From the sequence record MW735835.1: DNA of 64,000 nt. One strand, written 5' to 3'. The position numbers and the translations under genes were made by a program. Positions 9,457 through 18,447 of the stretch are shown one piece after another. Below the pieces are notes generated by a model. That model was not told the DNA's origin. It was given only the letters and a program-made list of their open reading frames with translations, and did no database searches. Numbering within the stretch: the stretch's first letter is position 1; every line of letters starts with the position of its first letter.

Positions 9457-10047
9457 GTGGCGACCAAACAACAAAAGAAAATGAAGAAGGCGCGCAAGAT
9501 GCGCGAGAAACAGATCAAAGTCTTCTGGGGTATTGGATTTCTGATCGTGCTGGCAATTGGCCTTGTCTGGGCCAAACCGAGCCATGCAGCGGTGGTCGTG
9601 TCCCGTCCGGTCATAGTGGCCAGGCCAGCGGTCACACCACCGCCACCTCGGGTATCGCCCACTCGTGTGTCCAGCACACCGACCCCCAAAGCAGCCACTG
9701 CCACCGGTGCTCACCCTACGCAACGCTATAGCTCCAGCCTGAGCGGTAGTTCGTCCTCGCCGACGTTCTTGCCGATGTACATCCCGATCTACCTGCCGAG
9801 TGCTTCAACTCCTGGTACGGTCGAGAAAGTCGATGTGGCCACTCCCATGTTGACCAAGTGCACGCAGGAGCAGTTCCAGCAGGCGAAGCTGTGGCAGCAG
9901 GACTGCAAGCAGCTGGAAGACATCAGTGACCGTTACTGTCCGATCCTGTCGTACTTCCGTTACTGTAAGGAGGCCCAGCCTGACGAGATCAAAGAACTCA
10001 AGCAGGCAGGTCCGAACTACAAGCACGTCTACCTGATCCCGGAGTGA
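9457..10047 (+). CDS. Exported/membrane-anchored protein with Pro/Ser/Thr-rich linker and Cys-containing C-domain
   Basis: Basic N-terminus, TM (IKVFWGIGFLIVLAIGLVW), PST-rich stretch, four Cys. Confidence 0.75.
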   Translation: MATKQQKKMKKARKMREKQIKVFWGIGFLIVLAIGLVWAKPSHAAVVVSRPVIVARPAVTPPPPRVSPTRVSSTPTPKAATATGAHPTQRYSSSLSGSSSSPTFLPMYIPIYLPSASTPGTVEKVDVATPMLTKCTQEQFQQAKLWQQDCKQLEDISDRYCPILSYFRYCKEAQPDEIKELKQAGPNYKHVYLIPE

Positions 10048-10050
10048 CGC

Positions 10051-10422
10051 ATGGACGAGAACGAATACCCACTCAAACAGTGGAAGTCCAACGAACTGCT
10101 CAAGGCTGCCTGCAAGCACCTCCTTGAACAGCCGGAGTACGTGGCTATGGATGTGGCTCAGCGGGACGAGATGGTCCGCTTTGCTCACGCCTTGCGTCGC
10201 AAACTCATGTTGGTCGTGGATAAGCCCGATCAGGCGGATAAAGACTTCCTCCTGCGGGGTTTCTCTAGCCTGTATGACATCGAGATCACCACCGACGATC
10301 ACCTGCGTTACGTCGTGACCATCCATGGCTATACCTTCGTCTTCATCATGGGGATTCCACTCGGTGACAATAAAATCCATCCCGCTATGCAGATACTGTT
10401 CCCGGAAGGACGTGATAGTTGA
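10051..10422 (+). CDS. Hypothetical protein
   Basis: GGAG RBS, 123 aa. Confidence 0.75.
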   Translation: MDENEYPLKQWKSNELLKAACKHLLEQPEYVAMDVAQRDEMVRFAHALRRKLMLVVDKPDQADKDFLLRGFSSLYDIEITTDDHLRYVVTIHGYTFVFIMGIPLGDNKIHPAMQILFPEGRDS

Positions 10423-10479
10423 CGGCTTCTTCCCGTATTGCATTGACTACAACCGCTGTGCCATTCACAAGGACACAAA

Positions 10480-11904
10480 TTGATGATTCCGCAGAACTTG
10501 CTCGCTCTTAACGAGAACTTCATGACCCCGACCGACGACGTGTATCACGGCCTGATCGAGGACGTGCTCACCAACGGCAACTACAAGGGTGACCGTACCG
10601 GTACCGGCACCTTCGCCGTCGTGGGCCGTATGGCTCGTTACAACCTGATGAACGGCCGTAGCCCTCGACCGACCACCAAGGCCATGAGCGACAACCCCGA
10701 ACGCGAACTGTTGTGGTTCCGCAATGGTTCGTCTTCCATCAAAGAGCTACGTGACCAGAAAATCGGCATCTGGAACAGCTGGTTGATGCCTGGCTCGGCC
10801 AAGTACCGCCCGATGACCGTGGAAGAGATGAAACCCGGTATCATCAAGCATTACAAAGAGCAGGGTTACGACGACGTCGAGTTCGCTCCATATGCTGAAG
10901 GCGATGAAGACGTCACCGGTAAGTGGTTCACCGAGACCGGCATCAATCTCAACCCGAATGAAAAGACGCCCAAGGTGCGCACGGTAGGTTATGCTGGCAC
11001 GGCTGATCTGGCTGATTTCTACGCATGGCTATTGAGCATGAAAGCTCAAGTGCTGGTCGATGGTGATATCGGTCCTGGTGGCTACGGTCCTCAATGGCGC
11101 CACTGGCAGGACACTCAGCTCATCGACGAGAGCGAACTGCCAGCATACCAAGCTCAAGGTTACCAGCACGTCATCGACGTGCGTGACAGCGAAGCCTTCT
11201 ATGGCAAGGTTGTGGTACACCGTGAGATCGACCAGCTGGCCAATGCGATCAAGCTGCTCCGTGAGGACCCGAACAGTCGGCGCATCATCGTGACTGCCTG
11301 GAACCCGGCACTGACCTGGAAAGCCGCTCTGCCTCCGTGCCACCTGTACTTCCAGTTCATCTCCCACGAGCTGACCTTGGAGCAGCGTTACATCATCGCC
11401 AAGGACCGTATGCTGCTCGAGAAGTACGACATCGCTCGTCATGAACAGCAAACCGGCATGATGGACTGCGCCCTGCGCACCTGGAACGAATACGACATCC
11501 AGATCGACCGTCGTCACAAGACCGATGAAGAACTGCATGTCGTGATGGATCAGTTGCAGATCCCTCGCCGTGGCCTGTACGGCTTCGTTCTGCTGCGTTC
11601 CAACGACCTCGGCCTGGGACAGCCGTTCAACGTCGCTCAGTACGCCAGCCTGACTCACATGGTCGCCCAGTGTGTCGGCATGGCTCCGCTCGAACTGGTC
11701 TGGACTGCCGTGGATGCTCACGTGTATTCCAACCACGTCGAGGCACTGCGCGAACAGCTGGAACTCGAGTCCAAGGAATGTATCCCGCGGATCGTTCTGA
11801 CCAAAGGCATCACCGACATCGACGCGTTCACCATCTCCGACATCAAGATCATTGACCACGAGATGCACAAGGCGCTGTCGGACAAGATGCCAGTCGCCGT
11901 CTGA
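10480..11904 (+). CDS. thyA: Thymidylate synthase with large insertions
   Basis: GDRTGTGT, YGPQWR, SRRIIVTAWNP, ALPPCH (catalytic Cys), RSND.GLG.PFN.AQY, DAHVYSNH. Confidence 0.95.
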   Translation: MMIPQNLLALNENFMTPTDDVYHGLIEDVLTNGNYKGDRTGTGTFAVVGRMARYNLMNGRSPRPTTKAMSDNPERELLWFRNGSSSIKELRDQKIGIWNSWLMPGSAKYRPMTVEEMKPGIIKHYKEQGYDDVEFAPYAEGDEDVTGKWFTETGINLNPNEKTPKVRTVGYAGTADLADFYAWLLSMKAQVLVDGDIGPGGYGPQWRHWQDTQLIDESELPAYQAQGYQHVIDVRDSEAFYGKVVVHREIDQLANAIKLLREDPNSRRIIVTAWNPALTWKAALPPCHLYFQFISHELTLEQRYIIAKDRMLLEKYDIARHEQQTGMMDCALRTWNEYDIQIDRRHKTDEELHVVMDQLQIPRRGLYGFVLLRSNDLGLGQPFNVAQYASLTHMVAQCVGMAPLELVWTAVDAHVYSNHVEALREQLELESKECIPRIVLTKGITDIDAFTISDIKIIDHEMHKALSDKMPVAV

Positions 11905-12122
11905 TGCTTGAGACGGTAGAAAAGGATGGGGAGTACTTCTCCCCATCCGGTCTGCGCTTCAAAGTGTTGCACCTTGGCAAACATGGCCAGGATTGTTCGT
12001 GGCCAATGGTCATCTACACCAACCTCGAACCCACCCATGATCGCCCTGCTGGCGAAATCTGGGTGATCGAGGAGACGTTGTTCATGAAGCAGTTCTCCGA
12101 TCAAGTACAGGAATCTCCATGA
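11904..12122 (+). CDS. Small DUF1653-like protein
   Basis: FKVLHLGKH...PMVIYTNL...GEIWVIEETLF pattern. Confidence 0.55.
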   Translation: MLETVEKDGEYFSPSGLRFKVLHLGKHGQDCSWPMVIYTNLEPTHDRPAGEIWVIEETLFMKQFSDQVQESP

Positions 12123-12319
12123 ATCATACTCGCAACGCTGTCCGATTCTTCATTGTGATCTTCTGGATCATCGTGATCGGATTGGGGTACACCGTCATTT
12201 CGCATTCCGGCAATGCGTACGCGCTTAGCTGGGCGTCTTGGTTGTTTTACGCTGTTGTAACCATCGTGGTGCTGTATATCGGCGCCGTACTCTCCTTCAA
12301 ACTCTGGAACATCAAATGA
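12119..12319 (+). CDS. Small two-TM membrane protein
   Basis: Two hydrophobic helices, AGGA RBS. Confidence 0.7.
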   Translation: MNHTRNAVRFFIVIFWIIVIGLGYTVISHSGNAYALSWASWLFYAVVTIVVLYIGAVLSFKLWNIK

Positions 12320-13017
12320 AGAACATCTTCGCTGCTGTACTCATCATGCTCGCCATCGTTGGTTGCAGCCGTACCCCGTCGAACGTCCACGTGATCTCGA
12401 CGACCAACTGCGGCGCATCGTGGGAGAAGCTCTCCGTCGGCTCCACTGTTCCCAAGCACACTGGCAACCCGTGCGGCTACACCGTGGCTCTGCCGAACTG
12501 GCCGATGGCCGGCGACACTCAGTTCAAGACCCAATTCTCCAAGAAGGTCCTGAGCAACGCGAAGATGTCGTACACCTACACCATCACCGATCCGCTTCTG
12601 TTCATCAACGAAGCACGCTACCTCGGCAAGATGGGCGGCTCCCTCGAACTCTCTGCTGACAGCGTCGGCAGCCGTTACGAGATGGCTGAGAACATCATCA
12701 TCGACAAGATGCTGCGTGAGGTGACGACTGAGCTGACTCGTGATCTGGACGTCGTCGATGCCAACCCGGCTGAGATCGAAGATGCGATCCTGAAGACCGC
12801 CAAGGACACCCTGGAGAAGAAAGGCATCGTCCTGAGCGATCTCGCCCTGGTCATCGAGAACGATGATCTGACTCGTCTGGCTATCGACGCCGCTACGGCG
12901 ATCCGTGTGTACGAAGCTGCTGGCATCCGTTCGGTCGGCGAAAGCGTCATGACTGCTCGTGCCGGAGCTACCAAGATCCAGGTCATCACTGCCGCCGACG
13001 GCAACCCGGAACAGTAA
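12316..13017 (+). CDS. Lipoprotein, possibly SPFH/band-7-like
   Basis: Lipobox IVG-C; YTYTITDPLLFI, ENIIIDKMLREV, IEDAILKTAKDTLEKKGIVL resemble SPFH domain features. Confidence 0.6.
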   Translation: MKNIFAAVLIMLAIVGCSRTPSNVHVISTTNCGASWEKLSVGSTVPKHTGNPCGYTVALPNWPMAGDTQFKTQFSKKVLSNAKMSYTYTITDPLLFINEARYLGKMGGSLELSADSVGSRYEMAENIIIDKMLREVTTELTRDLDVVDANPAEIEDAILKTAKDTLEKKGIVLSDLALVIENDDLTRLAIDAATAIRVYEAAGIRSVGESVMTARAGATKIQVITAADGNPEQ

Positions 13018-13021
13018 CGCT

Positions 13022-13288
13022 ATGGTCGTGACAGGAAGACGGCCCAACATGACCCATGTCTCGGGTGCGTTCTATCTTGTTCGCACCCAGGCTGGCCTGA
13101 AGAAAGCCATCAAGCATTACTTCGACGAAGACGATGCCAAGATGGATGTGCACGGCTATCCGAAGAAGTACCCGGCGTTGATTAGTCTCAATACCGGGTA
13201 TCAGGGCTACTGGTACATCGTCGTCAAGCAAGTACATCTGAACGATCTGAAGAAGGTCCTACTGGACCAAGGTGAAATCAAGGAGTAG
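13022..13288 (+). CDS. Hypothetical protein
   Basis: ORF tightly spaced between flanking genes; start could be 13049. Confidence 0.65.
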   Translation: MVVTGRRPNMTHVSGAFYLVRTQAGLKKAIKHYFDEDDAKMDVHGYPKKYPALISLNTGYQGYWYIVVKQVHLNDLKKVLLDQGEIKE

Positions 13289-13290
13289 TT

Positions 13291-13473
13291 GTGGACAAAC
13301 GTACTTTCATGCTTCAGTTCATCCTGAATGCACGTCGTTCTGGCCGTGATCGGGATATCCATAGCGAACGCGATCGTAGTGAAATTGTGGATGCAGCTGA
13401 AGATCTGTGGAACAAGGTAAACGAGAAGTGTGGCCCGGTAGCTAATCCGCACACCCCTGTGCCGAGACCCTGA
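13291..13473 (+). CDS. Hypothetical small protein
   Basis: AAGGAG RBS, GTG start. Confidence 0.65.
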   Translation: MDKRTFMLQFILNARRSGRDRDIHSERDRSEIVDAAEDLWNKVNEKCGPVANPHTPVPRP

Positions 13474-13489
13474 CGATAAGGAGAAAACA

Positions 13490-14527
13490 ATGGGTGGTAA
13501 TGCACTGGCTCCGTTTGGAGCGCGTCGCGTAGACGCAAAGACTGCAAAAGCAGTGACCAGAAAGATGTTCGACGTGATGTCTGCTATCGCGGTCAAGCAC
13601 GGCCTGGTTCTGAACATGCACCTGATTCCGGCTTATCGCACCAAGCCGGACTTCGGTGACCTGGACTTCGTCGTTGACAGTCGCTTCATGCAGGGGATCG
13701 ACCGTACCACCCTCCTTGCCGAGTTGAAAGAACACTTCAACGCGGACATTCCGTTCAACAATGGTGGAACGGTGCTAAGTGTTGGCGTTCCGTTGGAAGA
13801 AGGTGGGTGTCTACAAGTCGATCTCATCTGGACTGCCGAAGAGAACATCAACACTTCGTTGGCGTACTTTGCCTGGAACGATCTCGGTAACCTGATGGGT
13901 CGGATCGCGCACAAGTTCGGTTTGAAGTATGGCCATGATGGTTTGTGGATCGTCCTCCGTGACGGCACCTATGAGTTCGGCAAGATCCTCATCACGCGGG
14001 ACACTGCCGAAGCTCTGACCTTCATGGGCTACGATCCCGTACGTTGGCTAGAAGGGTTCGAAACCCGTGACGATATCTACCGTTTCACGGCATCGACTCG
14101 TTTCTTCAACAAAGCGATCTTCGAACTGGACAACCGGAACCACACGGCACGGGTACGTGAGAAGAAACGTCCTGTGTACATGGAGTTCCTGGAGTGGGTG
14201 AAGAACCCGCCGTTCGAGTTGGCTGAGTACGAGTTCCCTGCGGACAAGTCGCTGAACCTCCCTCGTCTGTTTGAAGTGTTCCCACATGTCAAGCCGATCT
14301 ACGAGAAAGAGTGGGCGAAGCTGGAAGAGCAGAAGTACCTCAAGACCCGGTTCAACGCAAGCCTTGTGAAAGAAATCACAGGGCGTGAAGATCGGGCGCT
14401 GGGTGATTACATGAAGCACTTCAAAGCAAACCACTGGAGTGCACTGGCGGACATCCGGAATATGTCGGACGACCAAGTCCGTGACCTGATCGTCCGTGTC
14501 GAGAAGGAATTGACTGAGATGGCGTAA
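13490..14527 (+). CDS. PolX/Pol-beta-superfamily nucleotidyltransferase
   Basis: MGGNAL N-terminus, FGDLD and QVD catalytic aspartates, LAYF..NDLGNLMGRIAHKFGLKYGHDGL resembling the PolX thumb. Confidence 0.75.
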   Translation: MGGNALAPFGARRVDAKTAKAVTRKMFDVMSAIAVKHGLVLNMHLIPAYRTKPDFGDLDFVVDSRFMQGIDRTTLLAELKEHFNADIPFNNGGTVLSVGVPLEEGGCLQVDLIWTAEENINTSLAYFAWNDLGNLMGRIAHKFGLKYGHDGLWIVLRDGTYEFGKILITRDTAEALTFMGYDPVRWLEGFETRDDIYRFTASTRFFNKAIFELDNRNHTARVREKKRPVYMEFLEWVKNPPFELAEYEFPADKSLNLPRLFEVFPHVKPIYEKEWAKLEEQKYLKTRFNASLVKEITGREDRALGDYMKHFKANHWSALADIRNMSDDQVRDLIVRVEKELTEMA

Positions 14528-14547
14528 GCTACTCATAAGGAGTCTAA

Positions 14548-15858
14548 ATGGAAGTATTTCTGGTAGGTGGGTTTGTCCGGGATACACTTCTCGGACTCTC
14601 GCCGAACGATCGCGACTATGTCGTGGTTGGAGAAAGCCCAGAAAGCATGCTGGCGAAGGGGTTCACCCAAGTGGGTGGCCACTTCCCGGTATTCTTGCAT
14701 CCCGAAACCCAAGAAGAATATGCCCTGGCCCGGCAAGAGGTGAGCACCGGTGACGGTTACGGTGACTTCACCTATAACTGGGACGGGGTGTCGCTCGAGA
14801 TGGACTTGAGCCGTCGTGATTTGACGATCAATGCCATGGCGATTGACACCAACGGTGAAGTGGTAGACCTGTTTGGAGGGGTAGCTGACCTCAACGCACG
14901 ACTACTGCGGCACGTAGGTCCTGCATTCGTTGAAGACCCGTTACGGATCATGCGTGTGGCTCGTCTGTCTGCGGTATTGGGCTTCGACATCGCGTACGAA
15001 ACCATGGCCCTCATGAAAGAAATGGTGGCCAAGGGCATGCTTCAGGCGTTACCGGGCGAACGCGTGTGGAAAGAGACTGAGAAGGCTCTGCTCAGCAAAG
15101 AACCGAGTCGGTATTTCAAGGTGCTGAAGGAATGCGGTGCTCTCCATGTCTGGTTCCCTGAACTGGACTTGATGGATCGTGTCCCGCAGCGTCCTGATTA
15201 CCACGCTGAAGGCGATGTCTGGGTGCACACCCTGATGGTGCTGGATGAATCGGTGCCGCTGACCATGCATTTGGATCGTGAGCGTTGCTTGCGAGTGCGT
15301 TACGCCACGTTGACGCATGACTTCGGTAAGCTGGGCACACCGCAGAAGCTCTTGTGGGCAGATGACGGTGAGTTGCTGGGCAAACACCATGGTCATGAGG
15401 ACCCAGATCGCTTTGGTCCGTTCCTGATGGCCTTCTCCAACCGGATTAAGGTGCCTACTCGCCTGCGTAAGTTCGCTCATGTCGTGTCGGTCATTCATCA
15501 GAATGTCCACTCGATCAAGAAGATGTCTCCTAAGGGCCTGGTGTCGTTGTTCGACAAGGTCGGCGGTAACCGTTCCATTCGCGATGATGAATACTACCTG
15601 GAAGATCTCTCGATCGCCTGCTTGGCTGATAGCCTCGGTAGGCTGATAACCAAAGAAGATGGGTCGCTGGCTCAGATTCCCGGGTATCCTCAAGGCCAGT
15701 ACTTCATCGACACCATGACACTCATCAACAACGTCGATGCTGGCGAGATCATGCAGAAAGAACTGGCCAAACGATGGCCGGTGAAGAAAGCACTGGAGAG
15801 CGTCCGGTCTGCTCGCAGTAAGGCAGTCGCTCCCTACGTCCGATCCCATAAATCTTAG
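14548..15858 (+). CDS. cca: Multifunctional CCA tRNA nucleotidyltransferase with HD phosphatase domain
   Basis: VGGFVRD..LG...DRD, RRDLTINAMA, FVEDPLR, PGERVWKE, HAEGDVWVHT, THDFGK. Confidence 0.93.
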   Translation: MEVFLVGGFVRDTLLGLSPNDRDYVVVGESPESMLAKGFTQVGGHFPVFLHPETQEEYALARQEVSTGDGYGDFTYNWDGVSLEMDLSRRDLTINAMAIDTNGEVVDLFGGVADLNARLLRHVGPAFVEDPLRIMRVARLSAVLGFDIAYETMALMKEMVAKGMLQALPGERVWKETEKALLSKEPSRYFKVLKECGALHVWFPELDLMDRVPQRPDYHAEGDVWVHTLMVLDESVPLTMHLDRERCLRVRYATLTHDFGKLGTPQKLLWADDGELLGKHHGHEDPDRFGPFLMAFSNRIKVPTRLRKFAHVVSVIHQNVHSIKKMSPKGLVSLFDKVGGNRSIRDDEYYLEDLSIACLADSLGRLITKEDGSLAQIPGYPQGQYFIDTMTLINNVDAGEIMQKELAKRWPVKKALESVRSARSKAVAPYVRSHKS

Positions 15859-15866
15859 GAGTCCGT

Positions 15867-16364
15867 ATGGACCGTGAGTTTCTTGCTGAAATCGATCCTA
15901 TCATCGCACAGATCAAGTCCGATGATGCAGGCAACTACGTCTTCCACCCGACCGAGAAGTCGTACGCCCTGATCCTGATCGACCGTACCATCGACATCTA
16001 CGCTCGCATCCAGCACACCGGCCTGCAAGAGGCCATGAAGGACATGTGCGGCGTATTCGACCTCGTGTACGAGCCGCCGCAGGGCTGGAAGCTGAACGGG
16101 GTGTCATCGTTCTCGATCACTCTGATCGGCCAACGTGTCGACGTGTCGCTCGAGTTCTCCCGACACAACCCTGAAGACTCGAGCGTCATCGAGAAGGACC
16201 GGAAGGACTACGTGATCGAGCTGGCGAACTTCGCCGAGCGTGTCTACCTGTGTCGTATCCTCAGTGGCATCAATGTCAACATGCCTGTACACCGTAACCG
16301 TCAGCTGGACTTCGTGTTCACGTACGACGGTAAGGAACTGGCTATCAGTAAGCCGGGGGAGTGA
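15867..16364 (+). CDS. Hypothetical protein
   Basis: AGGAG RBS, 165 aa. Confidence 0.8.
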   Translation: MDREFLAEIDPIIAQIKSDDAGNYVFHPTEKSYALILIDRTIDIYARIQHTGLQEAMKDMCGVFDLVYEPPQGWKLNGVSSFSITLIGQRVDVSLEFSRHNPEDSSVIEKDRKDYVIELANFAERVYLCRILSGINVNMPVHRNRQLDFVFTYDGKELAISKPGE

Positions 16365-17005
16365 TGAACCACTTTCTTACTCGTCTGGAAGGTAAGCTGC
16401 TGGTAGTCCTTGAGACGAATCCCAGTGCTAACCTTCCATACCACAACAACGAACACATGAAACAGATGTGGGCGCTGGCCAGGACCATCTGGGAACGTGA
16501 GGAGGAAGATGTCGGTCTGGGCGATTCCACTTGGAACTACGTGGTGCTGATGTTCGCCTGCCTGTTCCATGATTGGGATCATTCCGGTGGCCACGACTCC
16601 GATCACTACAACGTGCTCCGGGCTCGTGAGTTCGTCGAAGAGCTGATCGCCAAGAATGGTTACACCCTCCCGGGGCGTGTCATCAAGGCGATTGACGATG
16701 CGATCGCCGTGACCGAGTTCCCCTTCGTTATCCAGCCGAAGAATCGACTGGAAGCAGTGATTCGCGATGCGGACTCACTGTATGCCACTCATCGTCGCGA
16801 CCCTACCGTCATCATTGACGGCTTGCGTCAAGAGATGGAAGTCAAGTTTGGCAATGCGATCTCTGACCAGCAGATGCTGGACGGTCATATCGACTTCATG
16901 GCCAAGACCACCATGTTCACCAAAACCGCCCACGATATCTGGGCTGCCAACGCGCAGCCGTTCGTGGAAGACCTGAAACGCTACGTTAAAGAACGAGGTA
17001 ATTGA
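16361..17005 (+). CDS. HD-domain metal-dependent phosphohydrolase
   Basis: LPYHNNEH, ACLFHDWDH, IRDADSL. Confidence 0.85.
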   Translation: MMNHFLTRLEGKLLVVLETNPSANLPYHNNEHMKQMWALARTIWEREEEDVGLGDSTWNYVVLMFACLFHDWDHSGGHDSDHYNVLRAREFVEELIAKNGYTLPGRVIKAIDDAIAVTEFPFVIQPKNRLEAVIRDADSLYATHRRDPTVIIDGLRQEMEVKFGNAISDQQMLDGHIDFMAKTTMFTKTAHDIWAANAQPFVEDLKRYVKERGN

Positions 17006-17310
17006 TGTCTACTCACCAGGTACGCAGCTACACCCTGAGCGGTGCTGCCATGGACGTGTTCACCAAGCTGTATCACAAAGGTCCGCAGGAAGACGGCGAT
17101 CTGCCGAGCAAAGCCGGCATGACCGAATTGATCGATCTCGGCCTGGCCAAGAAAGACACCCGTCAAGACGGCATCAACAAGCTGACCAAACTCGGTGAGC
17201 ATGAAGCGGGCGTGTACTTCACCCAAGTGGCCGTCAACAAGCAGCAAGAAGAAGCTGCTGCACGTGAAGCCGAGGAAGAGGATACCACCGATGAAGCAGA
17301 GCAGGCGTAA
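17005..17310 (+). CDS. Hypothetical protein (possible winged-helix-like)
   Basis: GAGG RBS; DLPSKAGMTELIDLGLA...NKLTKLGE pattern. Confidence 0.65.
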   Translation: MSTHQVRSYTLSGAAMDVFTKLYHKGPQEDGDLPSKAGMTELIDLGLAKKDTRQDGINKLTKLGEHEAGVYFTQVAVNKQQEEAAAREAEEEDTTDEAEQA

Positions 17311-17587
17311 TTTCCTGCGGATGATCGGTGTAGGTGCAGGAGCGGCAATTGCCGCTCCTGTGTTTGCACTGGTCCCTGAACCGCAGGTCGACTTGGCCGC
17401 CCTCGAAGCTGAGTATCATCAGAAGGTCCTTGACGATCTGCTGACCCGCATCCGTGAAGGCGTCTACGAACAGGTCCAGAATAGCAACTACGAAACTGCC
17501 CTCGAAGCTGCTCGTGGTGACGCGTTTGCCAACATGCTCTTTCAGAACCGGGTGGTAACGCCCGATGAAGTTGGACTCTTCGTATAA
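17291..17587 (+). CDS. Small protein with twin-arginine (Tat) signal peptide
   Basis: MKQSRRNFLRMIGVGAGAAIAAPVFA matches the S-R-R-x-F-L consensus. Confidence 0.7.
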   Translation: MKQSRRNFLRMIGVGAGAAIAAPVFALVPEPQVDLAALEAEYHQKVLDDLLTRIREGVYEQVQNSNYETALEAARGDAFANMLFQNRVVTPDEVGLFV

Positions 17588-17617
17588 ACGCTCTAAGAGC
17601 ACAACAAGGACTAAGAA

Positions 17618-18040
17618 ATGAAGAAGTACAGCCTGTTTCTCGCCGTCGCTTTCGCTTCCCTGACCCACATCGCCCCGACTCAAGCAGCCGAGATCATCGG
17701 CGAGGTAACGGCGGTCGTCGAGAAGGCAACCTGCACGCTCGTAGCGAAGGAAGACACCACCGGGAAGACCGTGGTAGGTGGTGGCGCTGGCGCGGTCGGT
17801 GGGGCCGTTGTAGGCCGTCTGATAGGGGGTAAGAAAGGTACCGGGTGGGGTGCACTGATTGGTGCCGGTGCTGGTGCCCTGATCGGTAACAACATGGGCG
17901 ACGAGACCTACTCGTGCAACCTGATCATTACTGCTGATGGCAAGCGCCAGATGGTCGATGCGACCACCGAGAAGAAGCTCAAGCAGGGTGACCAGATCAC
18001 CCTGATCAAGACCGACGACGGGAAACTGTCTGTCATGTGA
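17618..18040 (+). CDS. Exported glycine-zipper 2TM protein (YcfJ/SlyB-like)
   Basis: Sec signal ending QA; GGGAGAVGGAVVGRLIGGKKG..GALIGAGAGALIG. Confidence 0.8.
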   Translation: MKKYSLFLAVAFASLTHIAPTQAAEIIGEVTAVVEKATCTLVAKEDTTGKTVVGGGAGAVGGAVVGRLIGGKKGTGWGALIGAGAGALIGNNMGDETYSCNLIITADGKRQMVDATTEKKLKQGDQITLIKTDDGKLSVM

Positions 18041-18139
18041 TCCAAGCGTCCGAGGGGTAACTCCCTCGGACTGTATACCGCATTGGATTTTTCTTTGGTC
18101 CTACATTATCCAGCAGCACTAAGCTAAGGGGGTAACACC

Positions 18140-18418
18140 ATGAGCGAGTCACCAGAAGAGTTTGGGCCACTGACGCCTGAACAAGAACAAGAGATGCTCC
18201 GTCATCCGTTGAACGGACAGTACATCCACGAGCTGGAAGAGGATGTCAAGTACTACAGCCGTGTGCTCAAGGACACTTCGGAAGGCGATCCAGTACATCG
18301 CCGCTTTACCGCCCAGCTGGAATCCACGCAGCGTTACATTAACCTTCGCCGTCGGTTTGACCAATACGGCGTCGCTACCATCTTCGACCTGGACAAAGTC
18401 CACGACACCCGCCGTTAA
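18140..18418 (+). CDS. Hypothetical protein
   Basis: AAGGGGG RBS; upstream CTACATTAT motif. Confidence 0.75.
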   Translation: MSESPEEFGPLTPEQEQEMLRHPLNGQYIHELEEDVKYYSRVLKDTSEGDPVHRRFTAQLESTQRYINLRRRFDQYGVATIFDLDKVHDTRR

Positions 18419-18447
18419 TTCACCCAGCAATCATCAGGAGATACCCC

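Noticed and set aside
10480-11904. Intein or intron in thyA (or ligA or the helicase)
   Set aside because: Frames are continuous; the inserts lack C1/HN-C/S/T splice motifs and LAGLIDADG/HNH domains
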